DNA of 64,000 bases from Gekko japonicus (Eukaryota), in contig NW_015161511.1 of assembly GCF_001447785.1 (NCBI RefSeq), positions 1 through 64,000 on the forward strand, in the 5' to 3' direction. Below are positions 13,728-27,316 of this stretch, one piece after another; within the stretch, counting starts at the first letter, position 1; each line of letters starts with the position of its first letter. The notes beneath the pieces are model-generated. The model saw nothing but the letters and a program-made list of their open reading frames with translations. It did no database searches and was not told the origin of the DNA. The position numbers and the translations under genes are program-made.

Positions 13728-14062
13728 CTGAGAGTCCCTTGGACTGCAAGGAGATCAAATCAGTCAATCCTAAAAGAAATCAACCCTGACTGTTCCCTGG
13801 AAGGCCAGATAATGAAACTGAAGCTCAAATACTTTGGCCACCAAATGAGAAGGGAGCACTCACTGGAGAAGACCCTGATGCTGGGAAAGATTGAAGGTCA
13901 AAGAAGACGGGGACGGCAAAGGATGAGATGGTTAGACAGTGTAATAGATGCAACAAACATGAAGTTGAGCAAACTTCAGAGGATGGCGGAAGACCGTAAG
14001 GCCTGGCGGGAGCTGGTCCATGGGGTCGCGAAGTCGGACTCGACTGTGCGACTGAACAACAA
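13728..14062 (+). mobile_element. BovB LINE 3' fragment
   Basis: Encodes RVPWTARRSNQSILKEINPDCSLEGQIMKLKLKYFGH...; ends GTCGGACTCGACTGTGCGACTGAACAACAA. Confidence 0.95.
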
Positions 14063-15499
14063 AATACAGCTGAACACTATGCTTGTACTAAAGTGATCAT
14101 TTTTATTGGGTTGCCACATGTAACTTGCTGCATTGTTGCCATTGAATAGTTCAGTCGTGTGGTCTTGTACTACCATCTTGCTCTCCGTTTTTCTCTTCTG
14201 TACCTTGGATAGGGTAATAAAGTTACTTGGCTGGTCAAATATCTGTCTTCCTTTCCTGGCAGACTTATTGCTGGGAACTGTCTGTACAACAAGACTCAAC
14301 CAATCCCCTTTTAGCTGTTCCAGTTTGACATGTGTGGAGGACACTCTTCGCATGCTTGGCCTTACACAGCAGCTGATTGGGATAACACAGCAATACTAGA
14401 CATGGACTAAACAGAGTACTCTTCCTGACTTTGCATGTACAATTGAGTAGCAAAAAGGAAAGGGGCCTTACATGGGATAGGAACAGGAGGAAAGAGGGAA
14501 CAAGAAGGCAGGAGGTTGAAAGCTGGGGGAGATGTGGAGGATAGGAAGAAGAGCAAGAGCAGGGGATTTGAGAATCTGGATTAAAGCTTCGGATCCTTAG
14601 TTTGTAGGCAGGAGAAATGACAAACCATGGCTCAGCAAGAAAGCCACAGTAATTAATGTCTAAATCTGCATCTACATGCACAGACACTAGCCGATACTTG
14701 AGTATGCGTATGCCTGCTTAAATGTGCAACTTCAGTCTTGTTGACTTCAGCAACAGTATTTGTAGAAGTCAATGTAGCAATGAAGTATTGATGGGACCTA
14801 GAGCCCGTTTGTGTGGCTGGTGTTGTAAAGTATCCTACATGGTGTTAAATGTAAAGGTAGATAACTGTGTGGATATAAGATCATGCCTCAAAGGTGAAAC
14901 TAACTGGATATGAGCATACTCATAAATCTTGCTTATGTTTTCTGGGTAAAAATACTGAGATAGGCAGTCCTGATTATTTGGAAATTATCCTGTTAGAGGG
15001 AACCTAATTGACAGCTGTCTTATCATCCTTGCCCATTCTATTGTTTGGCTTTTTCAGCTTGCCACCCTCTTCAAATACCTGCAGCTGTCACTCACCTCTG
15101 ATGCAGTGTTCCTTCACCTGGTTTGACTTATGTGTATTTAGTACCAAAGGTGAGACCTGCAAGATAATTTTGTGCATTTGCTGGAATTATCTTCTTGAAG
15201 GGCAGACAAGAAGTTAATACCTGGTATGGTGTCAGTTTTGCAAGGCTGACTAAGCAGTATACTATGGTCTCAGATGCTGAAGTCAAGGATTCAAAATTTA
15301 ACAGGACCTATCCCCCCCCTCTTCTGTTTTTTCAAGACACTTGCATTGATGAGCACTGGAAAGGCATGGCTTGGGAAGAGTTACGTGAGGCCTGACTTGA
15401 ATGTGATGATGGCGGGACAGAATAACTTAAGTTACCTGCTCTCAGTATTGCACTCAGACTGAACTGCGATGCATGCAGCCCTGCTATATGTAGTGAGTC

Positions 15500-15686
15500 C
15501 AACGTTCCCTCTAAGCTGTGGAGTCTTGTGAGCAAAAATTCTACTCTGTGAGCTACTGGCACTAAAGTTGTGAGCCGGTGATTTGGCTACTGCATCAATT
15601 AGTTTGCTCTGGAGCCCTCCTTCCTGTGAGCCGGAGGCTAAAAACTGTGAGCTAGCTCAGGCTAACTCAGCTTAGAGGGAACACTG
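15500..15686 (+). mobile_element. hAT MITE family A, copy 2
   Basis: caacgttccctctaagctg ... cagcttagagggaacactg; imperfect TSD gtagtga(gt)c / gtagtgac. Confidence 0.85.
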
Positions 15687-16443
15687 GTAGTGACCAGGGT
15701 GGATTTGATTTAAATCAGATCAATTTAGTGCCTGAATGCCAATTCACAGGAAATGCTGGGTGCACACCACATCCCGTGGGAAGTTCTTCTGTTCCATCAG
15801 CATCATGTTTCTGTTTGGCTTCAGAGGCAAGAGACAATATGGTATTATTTTCTCAGCATAATTTTATGTTTCTTCTTAGTCCTTGCCATATGAGGTGAAT
15901 CCGGTGATCCATGATTCAGCAAGATCCACTGACAACTAATTAAAGTGCCATATCTGCTGTAGTCTGTGTGTTCACAGCAAAAAGAACATTCATATCATTT
16001 TCTCAAGCAACATACACTTCCCCTCCCCACCCCTCCCAGAGTGCACCCATGTGTAGAAATAGTGTTTTGAATCCTATACTTATGGACTTGGAGTGCATGG
16101 AAGCAGTTTTCATTGGTCATCCCTTCCCCGGGCAGCCTCCTGCATCCCTTGAATGACCACCACTGGAGGAAGTGGCATATGGTATGGAGGGGGAATTGTA
16201 GTACTCGCATGGCAGGAAGCCACATAGAATCCCATTCCTCAGTACTAAGTAGTGGTATTTCTGGGGGAATTGGAGGCCATTAGAGGAAGGGGAAGGTGAG
16301 AAATCGCTTCCATTACCTTGCCTTGTTCACAGACGTATAGGAGCCAACCCTGTGTAACATGGGAAGCAGGCCTGAGAAGTGCAAGTTGTACCTTTGTTAC
16401 TCTTGGGCAGTTCAAGAATTTGTTTCCAATTTCTCTATTTAGC

Positions 16444-17599
16444 TAGGGGTGGCCAAATTTGGTTAATGTAAGAGCCACATAGAATAAACGTCAGATGTCT
16501 GAGAGCCACAAGACATGAACAAATATTATACACACATTTTTATTAAAAATATGCAAATATGCTTTTATTAACATTAGATGAGACTACCAAAAATATAAAC
16601 AAAAGGGGTAAAAACAGATATTGGTAATGATACTTATTTATCCAATGATATTATTTGTTTGCTAATGACATTTGTCTGAAAGAAAGAGAGAGATGGAAAG
16701 AATGAAAGAGGTGGAATGAAAGAGAAAGGAAGAGAGAAACAAAGAAAGCAGATGGGGGAGGGAGAGGAAAGGAAGGGAGAAAGAAAGAAAAAAGGTGGAA
16801 AGAAAGCAATTAGGGAGGGTGGAAGGAAGGAAGAAAGAAAGAGAAAGGTGGAAAGAATGAAAGAGGTGGAAAGAAAGAAGGAGAGAGAAACAGAGAAATA
16901 AAGAAAGCAAATAGATGGGGAGGAGGGAGGGAAGAAGGGGGAGAGAGAGAGAGAAAGAAAGAAACAAAGAAAGAAAGCAAATAGATGAGAGAGGGGAAGG
17001 AAGGGAGGGGAAGAGAGAGAAGAGAGAGTGAGGTGGAAAGAAAGCAAATAAATGGGGAGGGGGGAGATGGAAAGAAAGCAACTTTAAATGTGTTCTCCAA
17101 CCCCCCGCTGCCACGTTTGGAGAAGGGATTTAAAGAGACAAATGCCTTCTCCAAGCAAAGCCACCTGGCCGGTGTGGCAGGGCTTGGAGAACACATTCAA
17201 CTTTAAATGGGGGGAGGGAGGAAAGAAAGAACGATGGGGAAGGGAGAGAGAGGAGGAAAGAAAAGAACTTGAACTTTAAATCTGTACTCGAATCCCACCC
17301 CCTGCACGCCCGCACATTGGCTGGCTTGTCTTGGAGAAAGGATTTAAAGAGACAAATGTCTTCTCCAAGCTGGCTGGGGGGGGGGGGCGGCTTTGAGAAT
17401 GCATTTCAAGTTAAAGTTGCTTTCTTTTACTGCTTCCCCCACCTCAAGCTTACCCAGGGAGGGGAACGCTGGCTAGGGAAGGGAAGACAGATAGGGAAGG
17501 CATGCCTTCCTTTTGTTTCTCCAACCTCCCTGCTGGAAGCCACACAATATGTGTGATAGAGCTTCATGCAACTCCCAAGCCACAGTTTGGCCACCCCTG
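16444..17599 (+). mobile_element. hAT non-autonomous element family B (TIR CAGGGGTGGCCAAAC) with internal GA-rich tract
   Basis: taggggtggccaaa ... tttggccacccctg; left part aligns with 56637-56851; purine tract ~16678-17270. TSD not clear. Confidence 0.75.
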
Positions 17600-18283
17600 A
17601 GCTAGGTGAATTCTGATGTCATAGAACACCTCCCCTTAGGATGCTTATGAGGAAAAGTGGAACATAGGACAGCGGTGCTGTGAGGCCTATTTGCTTTACA
17701 TAGGCATTGCCCAGTGTGTTCTGCTTTAGGGGCAAGCTAGAAATCATGGAACACACTTGTACAAACCCCAGGAGAAAAATGCCTAAAGAGAAGCAGCTTT
17801 AGAGGGAACACAAGTGAGAGAAGCTATCACACATTGCCGGTAGATGATGCAGCACTTTAAATTGCCCCCAACCACCTGCTTAATAGGAAAATCAGTGTCA
17901 ACCTAATTCTGAGACAGAAGTCTGACTCGCAGTGTCTAGTTTTCCCTTTGTCTTATTTGGGTTGGCCTCAGTAAAAGCTATTACATCATTTTGTTTCTTT
18001 TGTCCTTAATAAAACAGTGTATCAGCCTAGGATTACAGGGATTCTTGGCTTTTAAAGAGGGCATGGCACCATGACTTAAGCATCAGGAATGCTTTACGAC
18101 ATCGCGTCCTGTAATGCCGCTTTCCCCACAACTATTTCATCTTGTTAGTTCAGTAGGGTGGAATCTCCCAAGTAATTTAATTATCTTGCTGTGTTGCATA
18201 ATTGTCAGGTACAACACTGTGTCTTTGGGGCTAAATCCCTGTGGAGAAAAAGAAATATGCACTGGCCAGCATTTTACAAGTAA

Positions 18284-18484
<201 letters not shown>

Positions 18485-19752
18485 GAATGCAGTGCCACTG
18501 CCAGGAGCGGAGCGTGGAGGGAGCTTGTAGTCCTGAAATCATCGGTGTCTACTGGAACTTCGAAGTGCATCCCTGCCTTGTATTGGAGGAAACACACTCT
18601 GCAACCCATTTATTTCTGGCATACTGTCAACCCAGGTTACACACTGTGCTAATCCTGCTTTAGGAAAGCAACATGCGACAAGCTTTGAAGTATCCTCAAG
18701 TGTGTCTGCCAGGCCACATTGGTCTAATTTATGCACTGGGTGTTTTCAACTTGAACATGTTAGCAAGTGTCTTTTTATAGCCACGACTTGGACTATGCAA
18801 GAAAGCAATTAACGTTTTGACATGCAAAATGGTAGTTAATGTCACTACCTAGAGTGTGTATGCATCTGTAATCATAGTAAACAGGAATCTTTGGCTTTAA
18901 AAAAATCATTGAACATCCTGAACTATGGAGGCAGCTCTGGTACAGTACTAGATGGACCATCTTAACACTGTCTCAGATATCCTGTAAAAGCTTCTTTATC
19001 ATATCTTTCTCTTCCATTTTAAGGCTTACATGTATTAGTAAATTTAACCTTTCCTTCCAGTGATCCAATTCATTTTCCCTTTTGTTAACTGTCAGTGTAC
19101 ATTTAACAATGTAAGCCAATATAATGGGACTTGTTTTTAACAGTTTGTATATTTTTTACTCCGATACAAGTACACAGTCTGCCTCACATTGTGTGGCTTA
19201 ACGAGTTTACACAAGTATCGTTTAGTTAACTTATGCAAACTACACGGGTAGCAAATGTGAAGAAATACCGCACAAGTTCATATCAGCAGCAATATTTTGT
19301 ATTCATTAAATTGCCTGGAAGGAAAGCTGCGAACTTTTGTTTCTTACAGATCAAAAAAACCTGTACAAAGAGTTTGTAGACTATCATATAACATTATAGC
19401 TTTTATAGTACCATAACTGAAAGAATTAAAGCTTGAACAATAATTTATTAAACTTTATAACATTAACAATGTGTATGTATTATGATTAAAAAGCACAAAA
19501 GTAGCTGACTGCATTGTGAAAACAAGTGAAAAAAATGAAGACTAGTTCACCTTACCAGATTTCCGGCACAGAGAGTGCTTGTGTGTATGAATCTGCTTGG
19601 AGCTTACACCTAGAATGGTAACAGGTGATGAGTTTGTTGATAGATGTAGTAAGAGTGCCTCTGGCTTCCCAGCATATCTAAACACAACAGATTGTGCACT
19701 GCAGGCAGGAATTTGGAACCATACGAATGATTTAAATCTCTCTTCCAGCATT

Positions 19753-20080
19753 AACATAAGAAGAGCCCTGGTTTTTCAGACCACTGGTCCATCTAGTCCA
19801 GCATCCTTGCTCACACAGTGGCCGGGCAGTTCCTCTGGAGGGCCATCAGCAGGGCATAGGAGCCAAGGCCGCCCCCTGATGTTGCCTCCCAGAGAATTAG
19901 TGCCTCTGAATGTGGACGTTCCCCTCAGTCGCCATGGCTAGTAGCCACTGATAGACCTGTCCCCCATGAATCTGTCTGATCCCCTTTTAAAGCTGTTTAT
20001 TCTTATAGCCATCAAAACATCCTCTAGCAGCAAATTCCACATTTTAGCCACTCTCTGTGTAAAGTAGTATTTCCTTTTGT
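19753..20080 (-). mobile_element. CR1 LINE 3' end
   Basis: aacataagaagagccctg...ggtccatctagtccagcatcc...catggctagtagccactgat...ccccttttaaagctg, typical of a squamate CR1 3' UTR in reverse. Confidence 0.7.
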
Positions 20081-23000
20081 ATTTTTTCAGCTCCGTTTAT
20101 GCCGAATGCAAACGCCCATCAGCAACCCTAGTGTCAGTGGAATGAACCTGATCCCTGAGAGCTGCAAGCACACAACCACAATTTCCACCCAGTGGGTAGA
20201 CAATCATAAATGTGACACTGTCTGCAAAACACTGGATAGCTCCCACTCCCCTGCTGGCTTCTTACCTTCATAACTGCTTAGTGGTTTAAAGGTACCTAGA
20301 GTGATGTAGGGTCCCCAGGCTAAGAGCCACAGGCCAAAAACCCTTTGACTCTTGCCTTTCAACTCATACCAAAGGCTTGTGCCTCTGCCTAGGAGGAGCC
20401 TTACAGTTCAGAGGCCCGCAGCCCCTGCCTCCCAGCAGTGACAGCAGAGGGGAGGACCTGCAATCCGCCCCAGGGAGAGAGACCTTGCTCAATGAGTAAC
20501 AGACCTGACAAAAGACCCGAACAGAGCCAGACAAAAAACGTCACTCTCCAACAGGCTACAGTCACCCACTCGCCCTCAAATGTTGTCCTCTCATAAAGCA
20601 ACCTCAGTTAATGCTCTCTAGTAATTTAGTGGTTTAGGAAAGGCAAAAAAACACACACACCTTCCTAGCAGTTCTCTCCTGGGTTCTTTCTCCCAGCCCA
20701 GCTGGCTCAGTTCATTAAGCACTGGGTTATAGCCTAAGTGCCTCTGCACAGGACAGGGTGGCTATTTCCTTTCTTTCTGGCTGCAGCCCCTTGCAGGTCA
20801 TTTGAGTACTATTCTGGAGGTCCATCGAATACCAGGAGCAGCTTTTTAGAGAGTGTATGGGGTACAACGCCTTGTTGTCCTGGCCTATCTGTTTCTAGTC
20901 TACATTTGTTATTTTGTAAAGCAATTATGTTGAATATAGACAGCTGATCCTTGGGGCTGATTCCCCCCCCCCCACTTTCTTGTAGTTCAGTATACACACA
21001 GAAGACATGCATTTCCCTTCAAGGGTGAAGTGTAGAATGTCTCTTGGGGTTTAGGAAACAACTCAAATTGTGTCTAAAAGTTGCTAATTTTAAGTTTTAG
21101 AGGCATTGTGTAGAGCTGTATTTAGGAAACAATATGGGAGAGGGTAAGACGGACTAAAACACAGAGAAACTGCAGCTACCTGTGTTAGAAATGGAAATTT
21201 GAATGGTTAAACATAAAATGCTTGCCAAAGTTCACACTGAACTTTTGAGAAAGTTCAGAGATCTAATTCTAGATTTAGCTGCCTTGTTTTGGATTCTTGC
21301 ATCAATATTTTGGTAGGTCAAAATAACAAGTGTTCAGAAATGGCATTTTCTCCCTGGTCTAACTAGACCACAAAATCTTGTACGGGTTTTAAGACTGTTG
21401 CAGTTTGTGGTGTTTGGCTTATGTTTCTCTCCCCACCCCATTTATTTGGATAAAGGGCCAGCTAGTCTCTAGAGTTTAGAGGATTTATGCTGTAATCCAT
21501 GCCATACTGCAGTTAGAGAAACTTTTGGACTGAATGGCAGTACTGAACAACAAGGTTACAGCACATGTTTTATGGCTGCATTAAGAACATTAGCTAGTGA
21601 CCTTTAAAATGGTGTGTATAACATGTTCATCTTTACCCCTTTAGCTGCTCTGGAACCATTATAGCAGTGGGTAATTGAAGGTTTGGAATTTGTTCATGAC
21701 AGAACAAGCCATTACTATAACTATTGCTACATTGCCACTTCCAGACCATGCAGTTTAAAAATTTTCTGGTCTTGTCTGAAACTTCAATTGTGCAATGCTT
21801 GTTAAGGGCACGGTTGAGCAACTCCCAAATTGTCTAGTGTCCTCTGTGTTGCTAGCTTTTTATGGATGAACTCATCCCTAACATTCTTTCCACACCCAAA
21901 TGAACGTAATTACATAGTTTGTGGCTTGTCCACTGCTTCACGAATTGAGGGCATTAAGTATGGCCCATATTAATGTCTTGTCATGAGAAAATTCTGAAGT
22001 CAGCAGTGGCACTATCAGGCTGTTAACTTGAGCACAGGGATTTTAATCATTGGACTCCGTGAACATCCCTTGCTGTATCAGACCAAATATCCATCTGGTC
22101 CATATCTTGGCAACAGTGATTAGCCAGGTAATAGTCATGTAATGTTCAACATAAATTGGGGAGACAATCCATGCAAGCAAGACCTAATAGCCCCTACTCT
22201 TGCTAACCATACATATAAGGTTGGATCCAAATGTGTTGTAGGGCAAGTGGGACAGGTTCATCATTCAAATGCAAGCCCCCCCTGTGATGCACCCCACAAA
22301 GTTCTTGAGGGATGCCTAACCATCTAGAGAAGTTTTTTTCAGTGGCTGTGTAAGATATGGAGGCAAGAAAGATCCATTCGATAAACAGAACTCTGCTTAT
22401 CATTCCTTGGCTGCAACCCCATTTGGGCTCTCATGACAGTGATTAAGTAGTTGAATCTGCTGTAGCTTATGTACTGAAAACACTCTGAAATCAAACATTT
22501 TTCATAGCAAGAGCCACACTAAGGCCATGTATAAGACAAGAAGAGTGCAAACTGATCCCGTCTTTTCTATGAAGACAAAGGGGAAAATACCTCCCATACA
22601 GAGGGCTAAAAATGTCGGCTGCTACATTATGCAGAAAGTCTTATATAACAATAAACCTAGTTTCCTCCGATGAGCTATTTGAATGTTAAGACAATAAGCA
22701 GTGTCTGTTTAATTTTTTGTTTTTATTCCTGTGCCTGCATATATCTGACAATGCAAATCTAATTCTACAGCAAATAGACCTATAAAAATTCCCTCTTAGT
22801 ATTCAGGCCCTTTCCAGCCTTTTAGATACAATACAGTCCTACTGTTGAGACCAAATCAGGTTTTTCCATGTATTAAGTCACATAGTTTATCCAGATGATG
22901 CTATAGCAGCCACTAAGAATGATTAAAACTCTGCAATACGGTCTTCTGTGATTCGAGGAACAAGTTTATAAACCAATGCAGTTATCTCAAGCAAATGAAC

Positions 23001-25997
23001 TGAGCCTTGGTTGACTGGGAAACACAAGCCGGGGATAAATCTCCCCTAAATGCGAATATGACACCGATGAATACGACCTGATCATAACAGAAAATAGTAT
23101 TGGCCCTTCCAGGCAATCCTCCCAAACCAGACTGCTGTACTGAAAGGCTAAGATCTACTGCCTCCACATTAATGTTATTTAGTAGGTATTGTGGTCTTTG
23201 AACTAAGGCTGTCTGTGAAGCTCATCCAGTCCTGCATTTTTCTTGGATTTGGGGAACTGACATTCTGCAGATCCATCTGAGATTGAAAATCTAGAAACTT
23301 CCAGACTCGGTTGCCTGGTGATAGCATTACAAAATAAAGTGGGAGTGATCCCATATTTTTTGCATGAAAACCACAGCAATGGAAGTAGATTGGTGCTTAT
23401 GTCATTGTGCGATAGGGCCTGGAGACCGGACTGTATCTGGAATCCAGATACACTTTCTGGATGTCTAGAAAATGAATTGCTTTAATTTCCACTCTCTCTT
23501 TCCAGAGTGAAGTGTGAGATTAGGTGTCCACACAAACCTACTTTATATGGGTAGGTTCAACAAATCTACAGGGATATATATACACAGTAGTCTCTTTAAA
23601 CGGTTTAAATGTTTTAGCACGGATGTTTTCTATTTATTTACTTGACAAAGGCTTCAACTATGCACTGGTTTCTGCATTTCCAAAGAAAGCAAAAATAATT
23701 TCTCTCCTTCAAATACTTACCAATGTATCTGTAAAATACATTCAGCAACATATCTATAAAAAGTTAATTCTGCTGCTGGGAACACGTTCCTGTGAAACTA
23801 CACAAAGTTCAGTTTGCTCAACTTGGTTTGGGCTGTTTCCACATCCATCTGGTATTCTTTGCAGATTCACAAGGACAGCAGGATGTCAAGAAAGCAAAGG
23901 AAATGGCTTCCTGCTGTGGATTTCCCTCTGTTGTCCAAAAATGTCAATATATCTTATGTCAATGTTTTAAAAGGCAGTAGTTCCTTTTTGAACTGACTAT
24001 AGAGAATTCATGGGATTTGGTCATTTAACTGTTGTGGAAGTCAAGAAGAGGTGGTTTGAGTATATAAGATGGGTAAAAGCGGGGGGGGGGATAATGAAAT
24101 ATTGGTTAAACTCCAAAAGGTGTGCTTATGGTTACAGATATAAAATAAGGAATTATTGCTGGTCATTTTGAGGGGGGAAGGGGAAAAAGGGAATACATTC
24201 GATGTATTGAAGTATGTAATATATGGTATGTTATTTATTGTTTGAGATATATGGAAGCAGGATTAAATACTTCAATAAAAAACTGTTGTCGTAATCAGCA
24301 AATATAGACTGTTTTCAGGATTATAAAGGCGTGTTCCATTTAAAAGTAAGACATGTTTAAGATTCAATTATCATTGACAAAATATTGTGGGGTGAAGCGA
24401 ATCAAACCATTGTCAGTTTTGTTCTGCATGAAAGACTGGGAGCCTTTCCTTCTCATCAAAGAATAATGCTCTAGACCAGTAACAGGGTAGCAAAAATTAA
24501 ATGAGAGCCTTGACGGGTGCCAAGTGTCAAAGCCCAGTTGCCTGTGGAGGGCCCCTGAGCAGAGTGCTTTTAAAATTTTTCACAGGGCTCCTAGCAAAGT
24601 CAAAGTCTACGCAAGTTGCACTACTCTTACTCTTGCTTCAGCCTAATGGCAAGACAGCATGCAAAAGAGCAAGTGAGTGAGCAAGAAAGAAACCGGCCCC
24701 TTTCTTCTGCAAAAGAACTAGGAGCATCAATATTTTGAAGGTGAAAAGCATGACAGCAAGATCTTGCTCCTATCTTTCTATGCGGCCAGGCTAGAAATGG
24801 CAACACTGCCTCAAGAAGGCCTGTTTTGTAAGTCTCAGAGGTTTTATTTTAGTAAGCATCTACACATTTCCATTTTTTTCACCTCACAAATATTTACTTT
24901 ATCCTGTCAGCTAAACGTCTGGCCCCTCATGGGTCAAAGAAACCATTCTGTGGAGAAGGGTAGGTTGGCACACGTGTGATATTCCAAGATTTCATTTCAG
25001 ATTCTCAGTGCTAGGCTCTGTCACAAATAATAATTATGCCTGTCTGAATTGTGCCAGCTGTTGCTTAAACTGTTTTGACTGGGTCAGCAGAAAAGCCTTT
25101 TGAATCACTTGGAGCAGACAAAGTCAGAGCATCCTATACAGGCATGTCTAAGGGGGTACCAAGAAAACAAAAAACAAAAAACTCTGCCCCCCTTTTTTTG
25201 CACTCTTGTTTATTTTATCTTGCTTACTTATTGGACTAGTGGTAGCTTAAAGGGAATTTATCCAAAGATTTAAAATTAATCCTTCAATTTAGTTAGACTG
25301 GTAATTGGAATTTAGCAGCATATTTCAGGGTCTGTAAAAAAAAACCCCTGAGCTTAGTACATTGGAAATCCTAGAAACATATTAAAGCAAAAGCTATCCT
25401 TGTAAAACGATGAAATACCAAGCAAGGGATACAATACTTTTTATTGGCCCAGGTAGTCCATAAAGGAATTGGAAATAAGTACTTGCTTTAGCAAAAAACA
25501 AAAATAAAAAACAGATTTTGTGAAATTGTCACAGTGTCTTAAATATAGCAGTTTCCCACTTCTGAGCAGCAGAATCTCCTGCAACAGACTTTCGATGAGC
25601 CCTTCATGCTGGTCCTGAGAGTCCGCTGTCTCTCACAGGAGTCACAGTTAAAGGGTAATTTGGTAGGCAGCAGGAAGAGGGAAGAAATCTCATTATGATG
25701 GCAGAGATGTATCATGGGTTCCAAACTACTGTTCCTAACTGTCCCAAAAGATGTACAAGGGCTGCTTTGCTTTACATGGAAGTATGTCAAAATTGTCAAA
25801 GCAGCGCAGGACTATGCGGTGTCTGAGTGGAAATACAAGCAATGTATGCAACTGTGTAGTGCCTTTTCTTCCTGCCCTCGGGTAGCTTAATCCTATTTTT
25901 AGGATTTTTATTTTATTTATCATTTTAAACAATCAAGCCACTTTTCATTCTATAAATTATGTAGGTTATTATTCCCATTCTGCAGCTGGGGAGCTAG

Positions 25998-26160
25998 ACA
26001 GCCAGCATGGTGTAGTGGTTACAGCCCCAGACTAGGATCTGGGGGACCCAGTCTCAAATTACCCACCCTGCCATGGAAGCCGACTGGGTGACCTTGGGCC
26101 AGTCACACACTCTCAGCCTCACCTGCCTCACAGAGTTGGTGTGAGGATAAAATGGAGAAG
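25998..26160 (+). mobile_element. Older tRNA/CORE SINE (Squam3A/MIR-like), 3'-interrupted
   Basis: gacagccagcatggtgtagtggtta...gggtgaccttgggccagtcac...cctcacag..ttggtgtgaggataaaatgg. Confidence 0.7.
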
Positions 26161-26183
26161 CGGGCGCAAATGGTAGTGACAGC

Positions 26184-26550
26184 CGAAGCGCTGCAGCCCT
26201 GGGGAGGCCTAAAGAGGCCAGCTGCTGGCTTCCCCAGGCCCACGCAGAAGTGCTGCCGCCCGGGGGAGGCCTAGAGAGCCCCGCATCCGGCTTCCCTGGG
26301 CCTGCACCGAAGCGCTGTGGCCCGGGGGAAGGCCTGGAGAGTCCCACAGCTAGCTTCCCCAGGCCCGCACCAAAGCGCTGCGGCCCGGGGGAGGCCTGGA
26401 GAGCCTCGCCGCTGGTTTCCCTGGGCCAGCACTGAAGCGCTGCGGCCTGGGGGAGGCCTGGAGAGCCCTGCCGCCAGTTTGCTGAAGTGCTGTGGCCCAG
26501 GGGAGGCCTGGAGAGCCCCACACCTGGCTTCCCTGACCCACACCGAAGCG
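26184..26550. repeat. GC-rich minisatellite, ~62-bp unit, ~6 copies
   Basis: Unit approximately GAAGCGCTGCGGCCCGGGGGAGGCCTGGAGAGCCCC...GGCTTCCCCAGGCCCGCACC; followed by CT-rich low complexity at ~26600-26760. Confidence 0.9.
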
Positions 26551-27111
26551 GTAAGTAAAGGATCCGTGGGGTGGCAGGGGCTTGATGGGGTGGGTGGGAG
26601 AGCCTCCCTTCCCTCCAGCCATCTCTTTGCCATCTTTTCCTCCTTTACTTCTCTCCTTTTCTTTCTCTTTTCCTTATTCCTTCCTTCCTTTCTTTTCTTC
26701 CTTCTTTCCTTCTCTCTCTTTCATTCTCTCCTTTCCTTTTCCTTTCCCTCCTCTTTCTTGCTTGTGTGCACTGGTTGAGTGTCTTCTGCCATTTATAAAA
26801 TGAAAATACATATGTATGTTTGACTTTATAAGATACAATATCTTCCTCCCTATAAACCTTATTAGCCAGCACTGAGTAAGCCTCTCTCCTGGTTTCTAGA
26901 GACAGTCTCATGTATTGTCCTGCTATTAGAAAATATCCCTTTTAGTCACTAGTCCAAACAGCTTGGATCCATTTATGCTTTACTGAGAGCAGAGGTAGTG
27001 TCTCTAATTTACAATGATTCCCACCCACTCTGTGTAGCCACACACTTCACCTGGAGGTTCCCCGGAACTTTGGGAGAGGTTTTGGGGACAATCAGGGGTT
27101 GCAAGCTCTGA

Positions 27112-27316
27112 CCTGGATAGTCCAGGCTTGCCCAGTCTCATTAGATCTTGGAAGCTAAGCAGGATCACTCTGGCTGGTATTCAGATGGGAGACCTCCAAG
27201 GAATACCAGGGTCATCATGACACAGAACCAGGCAATGGCAAACCACCTCTGAATGTCCCTTGCCTTGAAAATCCTATGGGGTCGCCTTAAGTCAGCTGTG
27301 ACTTGACAGCAAAAAG
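27112..27316 (+). mobile_element. 5S rRNA-derived SINE (5S-Sauria-like)
   Basis: gcccagtctcattagatcttggaagctaagcagg...gatgggagacctccaaggaataccaggg matches vertebrate 5S rRNA; RTE-like tail ggcaatggcaaaccacctctg...ggggtcgcc..aagtc. Confidence 0.85.

Noticed and set aside
16634-17206. Phe/Leu/Ser-rich and Glu/Lys/Arg-rich ORFs
   Set aside because: Translation of a polypurine tract inside a transposon.
20305-20870. Solo LTR (related piece at ~28176-28250)
   Set aside because: LTR-like composition only; termini and TSD could not be fixed, so it is not listed as a feature.
23990-24285. L1/Tx1-like 3' end with AATAAA
   Set aside because: No recognisable coding motif or TSD; too weak to call.
26184-26550. 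Regularly spaced palindromic repeats as a CRISPR-like array
   Set aside because: The units are contiguous and degenerate with no unique spacers; no cas genes; vertebrate context.
27112-27215. 5S rRNA gene
   Set aside because: Diverged, lacks an intact 5' end and terminator, and is fused to a LINE-type tail, so it is a SINE.
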